A stretch of 58,315 nucleotides of DNA from Porphyromonas sp. (GTDB lineage Bacteria > Bacteroidota > Bacteroidia > Bacteroidales > Paludibacteraceae). Positions 9,305-18,546 of the stretch are shown one piece after another. Position 1 is the first letter of the stretch. Each line of letters opens with the position of its first letter. A program made the position numbers and the translations under genes. Below the pieces are notes generated by a model. The model was not told the origin of the DNA. It saw nothing but the letters and a program-made list of their open reading frames with translations, and searched no databases. The DNA lies in assembly GCA_020726365.1 (NCBI GenBank), contig DYSC01000001.1, positions 15,808 to 74,122 on the forward strand, written 5' to 3'.

Positions 9305-11302
9305 ATGAAACGAAATCTAATTAAGATGTTATTATTATCAATGGTAATGTATTCGTGTAATCAAAAAGTGGAATATGCTTCTTTTCAGGAGTATCCTGTT
9401 TATACTGGCGACGATTTGGAATTGACGTACTCGCCAGATGAGTCGAAGTTTAGGGTGTGGGCTCCAACTGCCGATGCTGTAAAGCTGTTGTTGTATGATA
9501 ATGGTTCGGAAGGTGCTGCTTATGAAGTTACCGATATGAAGCGCTCAACGGATGGTACATGGAAAAAAGAAATTACTGAGGATTTAAAAGGGAAATTTTA
9601 CACCTTTCAAATTCGCATAGGTGAAAAATGGTTCTCCGAAACGCCCGGAATGTGGGTAAAAGCTACCGGAGTAAATGGGAAGCGCGCTGCCATAATTGAT
9701 ATGAACACTACTAATCCGGAGGGTTGGGAAAGTGATAAACGTCCACCATTGAATAATTTTACCGATATTTCGATTTACGAAGTACATGTACACGATTTTT
9801 CAGTATCATCAAATTCGGGCATGAAAAACAAGGGTAAGTTTTTGGCATTTACCGAAACAGGAACAAAAAATACAGCAGGCGAAGCAACCGGAATTGACCA
9901 CTTAAAAGAGCTTGGTATCACGCATGTACATTTATTGCCGTCGTACGATTACGCTTCGATTGACGAAACGAAACTGAATGAAAACAAATACAACTGGGGT
10001 TACGACCCATTGAATTATAATGTGCCCGAAGGTGGTTATTCAACCAATCCATACGACCCCGTAAGTCGCATTAAGGAGTTTAAAAGCATGGTGCAATCGT
10101 TGCACAAAGCCGGAATTCGAGTAGTGATGGATGTCGTTTATAATCACACTTTTACGGGCGAAGAGTCGCATTTGAATTTGTTGGCTCCTAGCTATTTTTA
10201 TCGTCAAAATGCCGATAGCACTTGGTCGAATGCTTCGGGTTGCGGCAACGAAACAGCCTCGGAACGGCCTATGATGCGAAAGTTTATTGTTGAATCGGTG
10301 GTTTATTGGGCAACCGAATATCATGTAGATGGTTTTAGATTCGATTTAATGGGTATTCACGATATTGAAACAATGAACGAAGTGCGAGCAGCGTTGGATA
10401 AAATTGATCCTACTATTTTTATTTATGGTGAAGGTTGGACAGCAGCGAATTCTCCGTTGGCCGAAGAAGAACGTGCTGTGAAAAAAAATGCCAAACAACT
10501 CAACGGAATAGCTGTGTTTAGTGATGATATTCGTGATGCGTTAAAGGGCAGTTGGATGCATTCCGAAATACATGGCTTTGTTTCGGGTACGGATAGTTTA
10601 GAGGAAAGTGTGAAATTTGGAATTGCTGGAGGCATTCAACATGGACAAATTGATTATACCAAGCCAATTTATTCGAAAGCTCCTTATGTTAATCAGCCTA
10701 CACAAACTATCAATTACGTTTCGTGCCACGATGATATGTGTTTGGTTGATAAGCTCAAAGAATCGAAACCGGTAGGTGCTACTGATGCAGAGTTGGTAAG
10801 GTTTAATAAATTGGCTCAAACCGTCATTTTTACTTCGCAGGGTGTGCCGTTTATTTATGCCGGCGAGGAAGTGTATCGCAATAAAAAAGGGATTCACAAT
10901 ACCTATCAGTCACCTGATTCTATTAATCAAATCGATTGGGATTTCAAAACTAAATACAACGATGTTTTCACCTACTATCATGGTCTAGTTGCGCTTCGCA
11001 AAGCACATCCGGCTTTTCGTATTTCAAAAGCAGAACTAATTCAAAAACATTTAACTTTTTTGGATTCTATTCCTCAAAATGTAGTTGCTTACAAACTATC
11101 GGACCATGTTAATGGCGATAGTTGGAAAGATATTTTGGTAATTCTGAACGGAAATCGCAAAGCAATGACATTGAATATACCTGAAGGTAATTGGAATATA
11201 GTTTGCCACGATGGTCAAATCAATCTGACAGGAATTAAACCCGTCAGTGGTATGAGTTTTACAGTTGCACCTTCGTCGGCAAGCATTCTGTATATCGAGT
11301 AA
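9305..11302 (+). CDS. pulA: Type I pullulanase (GH13), predicted lipoprotein
   Basis: YNWGYDP, MDVVYNH, DGFRFDLM, YGEGW, YVSCHDD; lipobox MYSC; -7 box at 9266-9273. Confidence 0.95.
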   Translation: MKRNLIKMLLLSMVMYSCNQKVEYASFQEYPVYTGDDLELTYSPDESKFRVWAPTADAVKLLLYDNGSEGAAYEVTDMKRSTDGTWKKEITEDLKGKFYTFQIRIGEKWFSETPGMWVKATGVNGKRAAIIDMNTTNPEGWESDKRPPLNNFTDISIYEVHVHDFSVSSNSGMKNKGKFLAFTETGTKNTAGEATGIDHLKELGITHVHLLPSYDYASIDETKLNENKYNWGYDPLNYNVPEGGYSTNPYDPVSRIKEFKSMVQSLHKAGIRVVMDVVYNHTFTGEESHLNLLAPSYFYRQNADSTWSNASGCGNETASERPMMRKFIVESVVYWATEYHVDGFRFDLMGIHDIETMNEVRAALDKIDPTIFIYGEGWTAANSPLAEEERAVKKNAKQLNGIAVFSDDIRDALKGSWMHSEIHGFVSGTDSLEESVKFGIAGGIQHGQIDYTKPIYSKAPYVNQPTQTINYVSCHDDMCLVDKLKESKPVGATDAELVRFNKLAQTVIFTSQGVPFIYAGEEVYRNKKGIHNTYQSPDSINQIDWDFKTKYNDVFTYYHGLVALRKAHPAFRISKAELIQKHLTFLDSIPQNVVAYKLSDHVNGDSWKDILVILNGNRKAMTLNIPEGNWNIVCHDGQINLTGIKPVSGMSFTVAPSSASILYIE

Positions 11303-11316
11303 ATTTTCCGGATTCG

Positions 11317-11359
11317 TAAACAAAAGAAGCTGTCTTGGTAAGATAGCTTCTTTTGTTTA
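11317..11359. terminator. Bidirectional intrinsic terminator
   Basis: TAAACAAAAGAAGCTGTCTT / AAGATAGCTTCTTTTGTTTA between convergent genes. Confidence 0.85.
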
Positions 11360-11378
11360 ATTATTAACCATTCATTAA

Positions 11379-12602
11379 TCACTGTTTAATCTTATATTTT
11401 GATTTACGAATGATTTTTCTTTTTGTACGATAAATCCATGAAGAATAACGGAAGAGGAGTAAGGCAATAATTACGAAAGTTGCCTGATTGAAGGTTTGTA
11501 CTGAAATAGCTACTGAAATTAATGCCAATGCCACTAAAATAAGATTTAATAGCTGATAGATAAATAAATGAATACGCCATTTGTTTGACCAAATCAGGAA
11601 TGCTGCAAGTATGTTGAGTGGATTAAGCCATAGTATATTGAGATTATATTTTACCAATGGATGTACCGAAAAAAACATTAGAAAGAAGATAAGTGTTCCG
11701 GCGATACCTGTTACCAATAGCAATATTGAGTCGAAAATAGTATTGTATTTTTTATCGAATACAATTTCGTAGGCTGATAGTAAGGCAATAAATACTAATA
11801 GAATGGCAAAAACATAAAATGGTTTTTCGATTAATTTAGACGCTTTAATTTCTTTGTGTTCAGATGTAACTAAAGTTAAAGTGTCCGTTTTAGTTATCAA
11901 AGGTCTGGTTACGGTATTTTGATTGTTCGAAATTCGTGCGTTCAGAAATTCGTATTTCAGTATTTCGGGCAAAAACATACTTTGCAACTGGGGCATATTT
12001 TTATCGGCCTGATAGCCAAAAACAAGATCTATTCCAAAACGTAGCCATGTATCGGCTCCAATATAATCACCAATAGCCTGACGGTATGTTTTCGATTCGA
12101 AAGAAGTCTGAAAAACCACACGACCATCAACAGAACCCATTATAATGTCACGCGGGCGGGTTGCACAGTTGTCAAACACAAAATTATAGCGATACTGACG
12201 GTTTTCGGGCTTGTAATTGAACATTAATTGTTCAATTAACCGTTTTGTTTCATTAGGTCGTAGATTCAGTACATGTTCCCAAACCACCGAATTCCGACGT
12301 TTGTATTCGGGTAAAAAGTCGGAAGTATATTGTACACCAAGTAGATAGTCAGTTTTGCCACGAATAAATTTATAGTAAAAATTGTCTGTATTAAAACTGA
12401 AAATTCCCCAGTTGAAAATGAAATCGTGTCTGTTCACTTTATCCAAAACGCGTATGCCCGAATGCCCGAATTTGGCATATACTTCGGGACCGGGTGAGCA
12501 GGTGATTAAACTTACTTGTACCGAATCGCTGAAAGCTATATCCTGAGCCTTAAGTTGGACTGTAAATAATGTTAGTAGCAGGAGTGTAGTAATCTGTTTC
12601 AT
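11379..12602 (-). CDS. DUF4105-domain membrane protein, probable lipoprotein N-acyltransferase Lnb homolog
   Basis: SLITCSPG, FGHSGIRV, FNWGIF, YRYNFVFDNCATR periplasmic domain plus about 5 C-terminal TM helices; -7 box at 12638-12645. Confidence 0.8.
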   Translation of the reverse strand: MKQITTLLLLTLFTVQLKAQDIAFSDSVQVSLITCSPGPEVYAKFGHSGIRVLDKVNRHDFIFNWGIFSFNTDNFYYKFIRGKTDYLLGVQYTSDFLPEYKRRNSVVWEHVLNLRPNETKRLIEQLMFNYKPENRQYRYNFVFDNCATRPRDIIMGSVDGRVVFQTSFESKTYRQAIGDYIGADTWLRFGIDLVFGYQADKNMPQLQSMFLPEILKYEFLNARISNNQNTVTRPLITKTDTLTLVTSEHKEIKASKLIEKPFYVFAILLVFIALLSAYEIVFDKKYNTIFDSILLLVTGIAGTLIFFLMFFSVHPLVKYNLNILWLNPLNILAAFLIWSNKWRIHLFIYQLLNLILVALALISVAISVQTFNQATFVIIALLLFRYSSWIYRTKRKIIRKSKYKIKQ

Positions 12603-12723
12603 TTTAAAAAAATGTGAATATTTTCAGTTTAATATTACAAAAGTATGTATTTTAATTCGTTTTTGAAAATTTGTGTTGAATTATAATGTCTTAATTCTAA
12701 CATATATATATGACGGTTTCGAT

Positions 12724-13674
12724 TTAAATTCGTCCGGCTAAAACAGGATATTTATTTAATAAATTCTGTTTCGTTTTGTGTAAATGATTTTTGAATTTTT
12801 CGTATTCGGTTGTGTCGGTGTGTGTCGGTCGATGTAGCAAGCCATTTTTATAGTTCGTTAATTCGTTCATGCATTGTAGGGTTTCTTTCTGAAAAAAAAC
12901 ATTGGAAAATATTTTAAATATGTAATCCACAGCCACTTCTGATGGATGAAGCATGTCGGCAGCATAAAAGCGATAATCACGCAACTCGTCCATTAAAATT
13001 TCGTAAGCAGGGAAGTAGCAGGTGTTTTTATGTGTTTTTACTATTTCCTGAATGGCTTGTAGTAATATTCCCTTACTTATCGCATTTTCGGTCGGTCCAT
13101 CTTTCCAATGCCGTACCGGACTAACTGTGAATACAATTTTTAAGTCGGGGTTTACACGCTTAAGCTCTGTAATTAAATTGTTGTATATATTGGTAATCGC
13201 TTCAACAGTAAGTCGATCGCGAATAAATTTATCGGCAGGTACTTTATGACAGTTTGCAACAACTTTGCCTGTTTCAGCGAGTTTATAAACCCATGCTGTT
13301 CCAAAAGTCAACATTAAAAAGTCGAGTTTCTGCATATTTTCTGCCGCAGCATTTAGTCGCGTATTTATTTTTGATAAACAATGTTCAGGTTTACTGTCCG
13401 AAAACAGTGTACTGTGCATGTAATTGCCCCACAGTGAGTTATGTTGAAATAAATCGTCGGTTGTGAAATTTCTTTTTTGCATTAAAAGCTGAATGCTTTC
13501 GGCTATTGAAGCCGGATTAAACAATACTCCAAATGGATTAACATCGGTATCGAAGCAGGCATTTTGAAGTTTTGTACCCATGTTCTCGGAAAAACAAGAA
13601 CCCACTGTCAGAATTCGTGATGAGTAATCAATTTTGTATGCCGATGGTTGTGTGTCGATTTTAGTTGTGAACAT
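12724..13674 (-). CDS. GSCFA domain protein
   Basis: GSCFS, TFGTAW, TVSPVRH, YFPAYE, DMLHP; -7 box at 13686-13693. Confidence 0.9.
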   Translation of the reverse strand: MFTTKIDTQPSAYKIDYSSRILTVGSCFSENMGTKLQNACFDTDVNPFGVLFNPASIAESIQLLMQKRNFTTDDLFQHNSLWGNYMHSTLFSDSKPEHCLSKINTRLNAAAENMQKLDFLMLTFGTAWVYKLAETGKVVANCHKVPADKFIRDRLTVEAITNIYNNLITELKRVNPDLKIVFTVSPVRHWKDGPTENAISKGILLQAIQEIVKTHKNTCYFPAYEILMDELRDYRFYAADMLHPSEVAVDYIFKIFSNVFFQKETLQCMNELTNYKNGLLHRPTHTDTTEYEKFKNHLHKTKQNLLNKYPVLAGRI

Positions 13675-13783
13675 GTTTTTTTTTACAAAAGTAATAAAAT
13701 AAATTAAATGGATTTTTTCAAATTGAACATTAAATGGGATAAGCTGTTTAAAGGGGGTATTAGTTTAAAATAAAGTAAAAAAT

Positions 13784-14419
13784 ATGAGTTTAATAGAAGC
13801 ATTTAACTGGCGCTACGCCACCAAAAAAATTGATTCCACTCGAAAAGTGGATACTGCCATTGTTGAAAATATAGTAGAAGCAGCACGGTTGGCTCCAACC
13901 TCTTCGGGTTTGCAGCCTTTTCAAGTGTATGTAATTACCAATCAGGAATTGAAACAAAAGATTGTGCCCATTTCCTACGGACAGGAAATGCCTGCAGAGT
14001 GTTCGCATTTATTGGTGTTTGCCGTTTGGGATAATTATACCGACGAGCGAATCGATCATATTTACGATATCACGACTAACGAACGTAATGTGGCAGCGGA
14101 TAGATACGATGCTTATAAATTGCGTTTAAAAGAAGGTTTTGCAAAAAACACTGCGGAACATAATTTTCAACATGCTGCTCGTCAGGCATATATAGCACTC
14201 GGTTTTGCCATGGCTGAAGCTGCGGTAAACAAAGTGGATACAGTACCGATGGAAGGTTTTATTTCTGCTGAATTGGATAAACTTTTGCAAATCTCCGAGA
14301 TAGGATTAAAGAGTGTATGTATGTTACCTTTGGGCTACAGAGATGCAGAAAATGATTGGCTTTTGAATATGAAAAAAGTGCGTCATCCAAAGTCTGAGTT
14401 TGTAACTTATATCGATTGA
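13784..14419 (+). CDS. Nitroreductase family protein
   Basis: WRYATK, LAPTSSGLQP, PMEGF, LPLGYR. Confidence 0.9.
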   Translation: MSLIEAFNWRYATKKIDSTRKVDTAIVENIVEAARLAPTSSGLQPFQVYVITNQELKQKIVPISYGQEMPAECSHLLVFAVWDNYTDERIDHIYDITTNERNVAADRYDAYKLRLKEGFAKNTAEHNFQHAARQAYIALGFAMAEAAVNKVDTVPMEGFISAELDKLLQISEIGLKSVCMLPLGYRDAENDWLLNMKKVRHPKSEFVTYID

Positions 14420-14556
14420 TATGCCTTTTAAAACATGTTTGTTCGTTTTTGTTGATTATTTTTTATAACTTTGTATGCAACATTTTTACTGTAAACAACA
14501 TCATAGAGCTGTGTAGTTTATATTCAAATCAATAACAATTAAAAAACAAATAGATT

Positions 14557-15300
14557 ATGAAACGGATTTTTTTATTAGCAATCTTAATCCCTGTGTTTAT
14601 AGCATGTAACAAGGAGGAAGAAGATGTTGAGCAAACAGTTGTGAAAATGGGTACTATTGAAAATCCTTCGCAACAAACAAATTTTTACTTAAATCAGGAT
14701 GACAGCACGCGTGTTTGGGTTTTGAATAGTGAAATCAAGTATTATCGTCCTAAAGACAATCAGCGAGCTGTGTTGGAATATGTTATACTTACCAATAAAC
14801 CCACAGGTAGCAGCTACAATCACGATGTAGAACTGAAAGATATCTATGAAATACTTACAAAAGGTATTTTCAGTATTTCGCCTGCTACTCAGGATAGCAT
14901 TGGTAACGACCCGGTTGCTGTTCGCGATATGTGGGTTACGGGCGACTTTCTGAATGTTGAGTTTATCTATCCGGGTTATTCAAAAACCCACTTTATTAAT
15001 TTAGTAAGCGATACAGCCAAAGCTGACGATTACACAGATAATAAGGTGCATTTGGAATTTCGTCACAATGCTAACGACGATTATCCATCGCTCAATATTA
15101 GCGGAATTGTAAGTTTTGATATTAGTTCGTTGCGGGTAACGGGTGTAAATAGTGTTGATTTCGTGGTGCATACCAAAGAGTTTGATTACAGTACTGCCGA
15201 CAAAACTTACTCATTTACTTACAAATATGGTACAATGCTGGCTGCAACTGCTCCTGCAAAACGACTTACAATTCCTGTCCGAAAAGCTATTGTGAAATAG
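14557..15300 (+). CDS. NigD-like lipoprotein
   Basis: Lipobox FIAC followed by an acidic export signal (NKEEED); DSIGNDP, HFINLV, LEFRHNA; -7 box at 14466-14473. Confidence 0.8.
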   Translation: MKRIFLLAILIPVFIACNKEEEDVEQTVVKMGTIENPSQQTNFYLNQDDSTRVWVLNSEIKYYRPKDNQRAVLEYVILTNKPTGSSYNHDVELKDIYEILTKGIFSISPATQDSIGNDPVAVRDMWVTGDFLNVEFIYPGYSKTHFINLVSDTAKADDYTDNKVHLEFRHNANDDYPSLNISGIVSFDISSLRVTGVNSVDFVVHTKEFDYSTADKTYSFTYKYGTMLAATAPAKRLTIPVRKAIVK

Positions 15301-15320
15301 AAGTTTGGTTAATTTTGCAA

Positions 15321-15360
15321 ATAAAAGTCCGCTCGATTCGTTTGTGCGGATTTTTATTTT
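15321..15360 (+). terminator. Probable intrinsic terminator
   Basis: AAAAGTCCGC...GCGGATTTTT stem followed by a T-rich tract. Confidence 0.6.
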
Positions 15361-15410
15361 TAGAGCCAATATATTTTGTACATTTGCAAATAATATAAAT
15401 TTTGAGTCGT

Positions 15411-16856
15411 ATGAAGAAATTAGAACCATTGCAGCTGTGGACTTACTTCCACGAAATAACACAAATTCCAAGACCTTCGAAGAAGGAAGAAAAAATAATT
15501 GCTTATCTGAAAGCATTTAGCGAAAAGTACCAACTCGACTATAAAATTGATGCGGCTGGTAATGTGCTCATTTGCAAGCCGGCAACTCAGGGTTACGAAA
15601 ATGCTAAACGCATTATCTTGCAGGCACACACCGATATGGTTTGCGAAAAAAATAGCGATGTGGAGTTTAACTTCGAAACAGATCCTATTCAAACTTATAT
15701 TGAAGATGATTGGGTAAAAGCTCGCGGAACAACCTTAGGAGGCGATAATGGCATTGGAATAGCTATGCAGTTAGCAGTTTTAAGTTCCGATAAGCTGCAA
15801 CATCCGGCTTTGGAGTGTTTGTTCACAAGCGACGAAGAAACAGGGCTGACAGGTGCTTTTGCATTGGACAAAGAACTTTTACATGGCGATATTCTTATTA
15901 ATCTGGATTCGGAAGACGATGGTGTGATTTTTATTGGTTGTGCTGGTGGTGTGGATAGTACGGCTACACGAAAATACTTAGAAGAAAAAACACCGAAAGG
16001 ATATTTTACATTTACTGTAACGGTGAGTGGATTAAAGGGTGGTCATTCGGGTGATGACATTCATCGTGGGAGGGGTAATGCCAACAAAATTTTGAATCGT
16101 TATTTGTGGAATATCAACCGCAAAACTGATTTACGTATTCATGCTATTAACGGTGGCAATCTCCGAAATGCCATTCCACGCGAAGCATCGGCAACAGTTT
16201 CGGTCCCAAGCTCCGAAAAAGAAAATATGCGAGTGGAATTAAATCATTATATAGTCGATTTGGAAAATGAATTTGGCGAAATAGAACCAAATTTAAAGTT
16301 GACACTCGACTCCGAAAAATTACTTGAAACAGTTATTGACAAAACAAGTTCCGATAAATTATTGAATGCCCTTTACGCATGCCCGCATGGTGTAATTGCC
16401 ATGAGCAAAGATATGCCAGGATTGGTTGAAACTTCCACCAACTTGGCCTCGGTGAAAATGAACCCGAATTGCGAAATACTTATTACTACAAGTCAGCGTA
16501 GCTCGGTAGAAACTTCGAAATTCGATATTGCAAATCAGGTAGAATCGGTATTCCTTTTGGCAGGTGCACAAGTAACACATGGCGATGGTTATCAGGGATG
16601 GAAACCGAATTTTAAATCGGATATTCTTAAAATTGCCGAAGATAGTTATACCAAACTATTTCATAAAAAAGCACAGGTAAAAGCCATTCATGCAGGTCTG
16701 GAGTGTGGATTATTTCTCGAGAAATATCCGCATTTGGATATGATTTCCATCGGTCCGCAAATGTATGGCGTTCATTCGCCCGACGAGCGACTAAGCATTA
16801 GCTCTACGCAAAATTGCTGGAAATGGTTGGTAGATATTTTACAGGCTGCAAAGTAA
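15411..16856 (+). CDS. pepD: Aminoacyl-histidine dipeptidase
   Basis: LQAHTDMV, TTLGGDNGIG, DEETGL, INLDSED, IHAGLECG, HSPDE; -7 box at 15379-15386. Confidence 0.95.
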   Translation: MKKLEPLQLWTYFHEITQIPRPSKKEEKIIAYLKAFSEKYQLDYKIDAAGNVLICKPATQGYENAKRIILQAHTDMVCEKNSDVEFNFETDPIQTYIEDDWVKARGTTLGGDNGIGIAMQLAVLSSDKLQHPALECLFTSDEETGLTGAFALDKELLHGDILINLDSEDDGVIFIGCAGGVDSTATRKYLEEKTPKGYFTFTVTVSGLKGGHSGDDIHRGRGNANKILNRYLWNINRKTDLRIHAINGGNLRNAIPREASATVSVPSSEKENMRVELNHYIVDLENEFGEIEPNLKLTLDSEKLLETVIDKTSSDKLLNALYACPHGVIAMSKDMPGLVETSTNLASVKMNPNCEILITTSQRSSVETSKFDIANQVESVFLLAGAQVTHGDGYQGWKPNFKSDILKIAEDSYTKLFHKKAQVKAIHAGLECGLFLEKYPHLDMISIGPQMYGVHSPDERLSISSTQNCWKWLVDILQAAK

Positions 16857-16863
16857 GTATACT

Positions 16864-16905
16864 AAAAAGGTAGAAACAAAATAATTTTCTGTTTCTACCT
16901 TTTTT
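16864..16905. terminator. Bidirectional intrinsic terminator
   Basis: AAAAAGGTAGAAACA / TGTTTCTACCTTTTT between pepD and trxB. Confidence 0.85.
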
Positions 16906-16918
16906 ATTTGATGTTAAA

Positions 16919-17863
16919 TTAAATTCCTTTCTCGCTCAGGTACCGTTCCACTTCGATAGCAGCTTGACAGCCACTTCCGGCAGCGGTAATAGCTTGACGG
17001 TAATGTGGGTCGGCTACGTCGCCGGCAGCAAATACGCCTTCCACATTGGTGCGTGGAGTGCCCGGAATAGTTTTAATGTAACCAACTTCGTCGGTATCAA
17101 TCCAAGGTTTGAAAATATCCGAATTTGGTTTGTGCCCAATGGCTAAGAAAAATCCATCTATTTCGATGTGAACTTGCTCTTCGTCCGATTGTCCTCTACG
17201 TTTTACCAAATTAGCACCTTGCACTACTTTATCGCCAGTCAGTCCGAGTGTTTCATGCTCAAAAAGCACTTCGATTTTTGGATTCGAAAGTACACGTTCC
17301 TGCATAATTTTTGAAGCTCGTAGGAAAGGTTTGCGTACAATTAGAAAAACTTTGTCAGCTAAACCTGCGAGATAAGTTGCTTCTTCGCAAGCGGTATCGC
17401 CACCGCCTACAACTGCCACTTTGCGTTTGCGGTAGAAAAATCCGTCGCAAGTTGCGCAGGCTGATACCCCCGAACCAGAATATTTTGTTTCGTCGGGCAA
17501 ACCAAGATATTTGGCAGTTGCGCCGGTCGAAATAATAATGGTATCGGCTTCAATTATCTTTTCACCATCGATAGTTACTTTGTAGGGGGCAGCCGAAAGG
17601 TCGGTGGCTGTGGCGTATCCAAAACGTATATCTGCGCCAAAACGCTCAGCTTGAGCTTTAAATTCTACCATCATTTCCGGACCAGTAATTCCATTCGGAT
17701 AGCCTGGAAAATTTTCCACATCGTTGGTGGTTGTAAGCTGTCCACCGGGTTGCATACCTTCGTAAAGTACTGGAGAAAGATTGGCGCGCGAAGCATAAAT
17801 TGCGGCTGTGTAGCCGGCTGGGCCTGAACCAATTATCAGGCAACGTACTTTTTCTGTCATCAT
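16919..17863 (-). CDS. trxB: Thioredoxin-disulfide reductase
   Basis: GSGPAG, CATCDG, GGGDTA, AAGDV. Confidence 0.97.
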   Translation of the reverse strand: MMTEKVRCLIIGSGPAGYTAAIYASRANLSPVLYEGMQPGGQLTTTNDVENFPGYPNGITGPEMMVEFKAQAERFGADIRFGYATATDLSAAPYKVTIDGEKIIEADTIIISTGATAKYLGLPDETKYSGSGVSACATCDGFFYRKRKVAVVGGGDTACEEATYLAGLADKVFLIVRKPFLRASKIMQERVLSNPKIEVLFEHETLGLTGDKVVQGANLVKRRGQSDEEQVHIEIDGFFLAIGHKPNSDIFKPWIDTDEVGYIKTIPGTPRTNVEGVFAAGDVADPHYRQAITAAGSGCQAAIEVERYLSEKGI

Positions 17864-18492
17864 CGTAAGTCGTTTATTTGAATATTTTTATAATTTATTT
17901 TTTTAAATGTAAATGTATCATCAGTCACATTTACGATATTTTTGTAAGTTGTCAGTTTTAATAAAGTTACTGTCTTCTTTTTGTCAGTCAATCGGATAAA
18001 TTCCGGCGTTTTGGTCGTTTTGTGAAGTTGCACTTCTACTTTTAAAAATTCGTCTTTTTTGCTTTTGGGTGTCAACTCAATCAATTCAGAATTTGCTGAT
18101 TTTGTTTTACCAAAACGTATCCATGATTTTGCTTTAAACGATGCTAAAATTGCCATTGGATTTATTTGCGCCAATTCTTCGGCTGTAGGTTCAGTAATGG
18201 TAACTTCGTTGTCCGACTTTAAATAAGTCCATTGTGTTTTTCCATCGAACCACGCCTTCGTTTCGTCCATCTCTATGGTGAATTTATTGGCTTTCATTAC
18301 AAAAGTTCCCGAAATCGGCTGCGAAGTTACGCCATTTTTTTCTGTTACCGAAAGTTGAAAATTGGTTTTGACCGCAGTTGTTCTTATTGATGCCAGCAGT
18401 TTGTTTATAACTCTCTCAGCATCAGTGTTGTTTTGAGCAGAAATGCCCAGTATCGAAAATATGTATAGAATTATTGATAGTCTTAATCTCAT
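17860..18492 (-). CDS. lolA: LolA-like outer-membrane lipoprotein carrier protein
   Basis: Signal peptide, WFDGKTQWTY, INP motif; directly downstream of ftsK; stop overlaps the trxB start. Confidence 0.75.
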   Translation of the reverse strand: MRLRLSIILYIFSILGISAQNNTDAERVINKLLASIRTTAVKTNFQLSVTEKNGVTSQPISGTFVMKANKFTIEMDETKAWFDGKTQWTYLKSDNEVTITEPTAEELAQINPMAILASFKAKSWIRFGKTKSANSELIELTPKSKKDEFLKVEVQLHKTTKTPEFIRLTDKKKTVTLLKLTTYKNIVNVTDDTFTFKKINYKNIQINDLR

Positions 18493-18506
18493 CTTTATTT
18501 CTTAAA

Positions 18507-18546
18507 TTTTATTATCATATCACCACATTATCACATCACCACATCA
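18507..18546 (-). repeat. Octamer tandem repeat, 5 units
   Basis: Minus strand TGATGTGG TGATGTGA TAATGTGG TGATATGA TAATAAAA. Confidence 0.8.

Noticed and set aside
12691-12722. Possible dif site (ATATGTTAGAA resembles a XerD arm)
   Set aside because: Arm spacing does not fit 11-6-11 and there is no XerC-like arm; it looks like a short TA run
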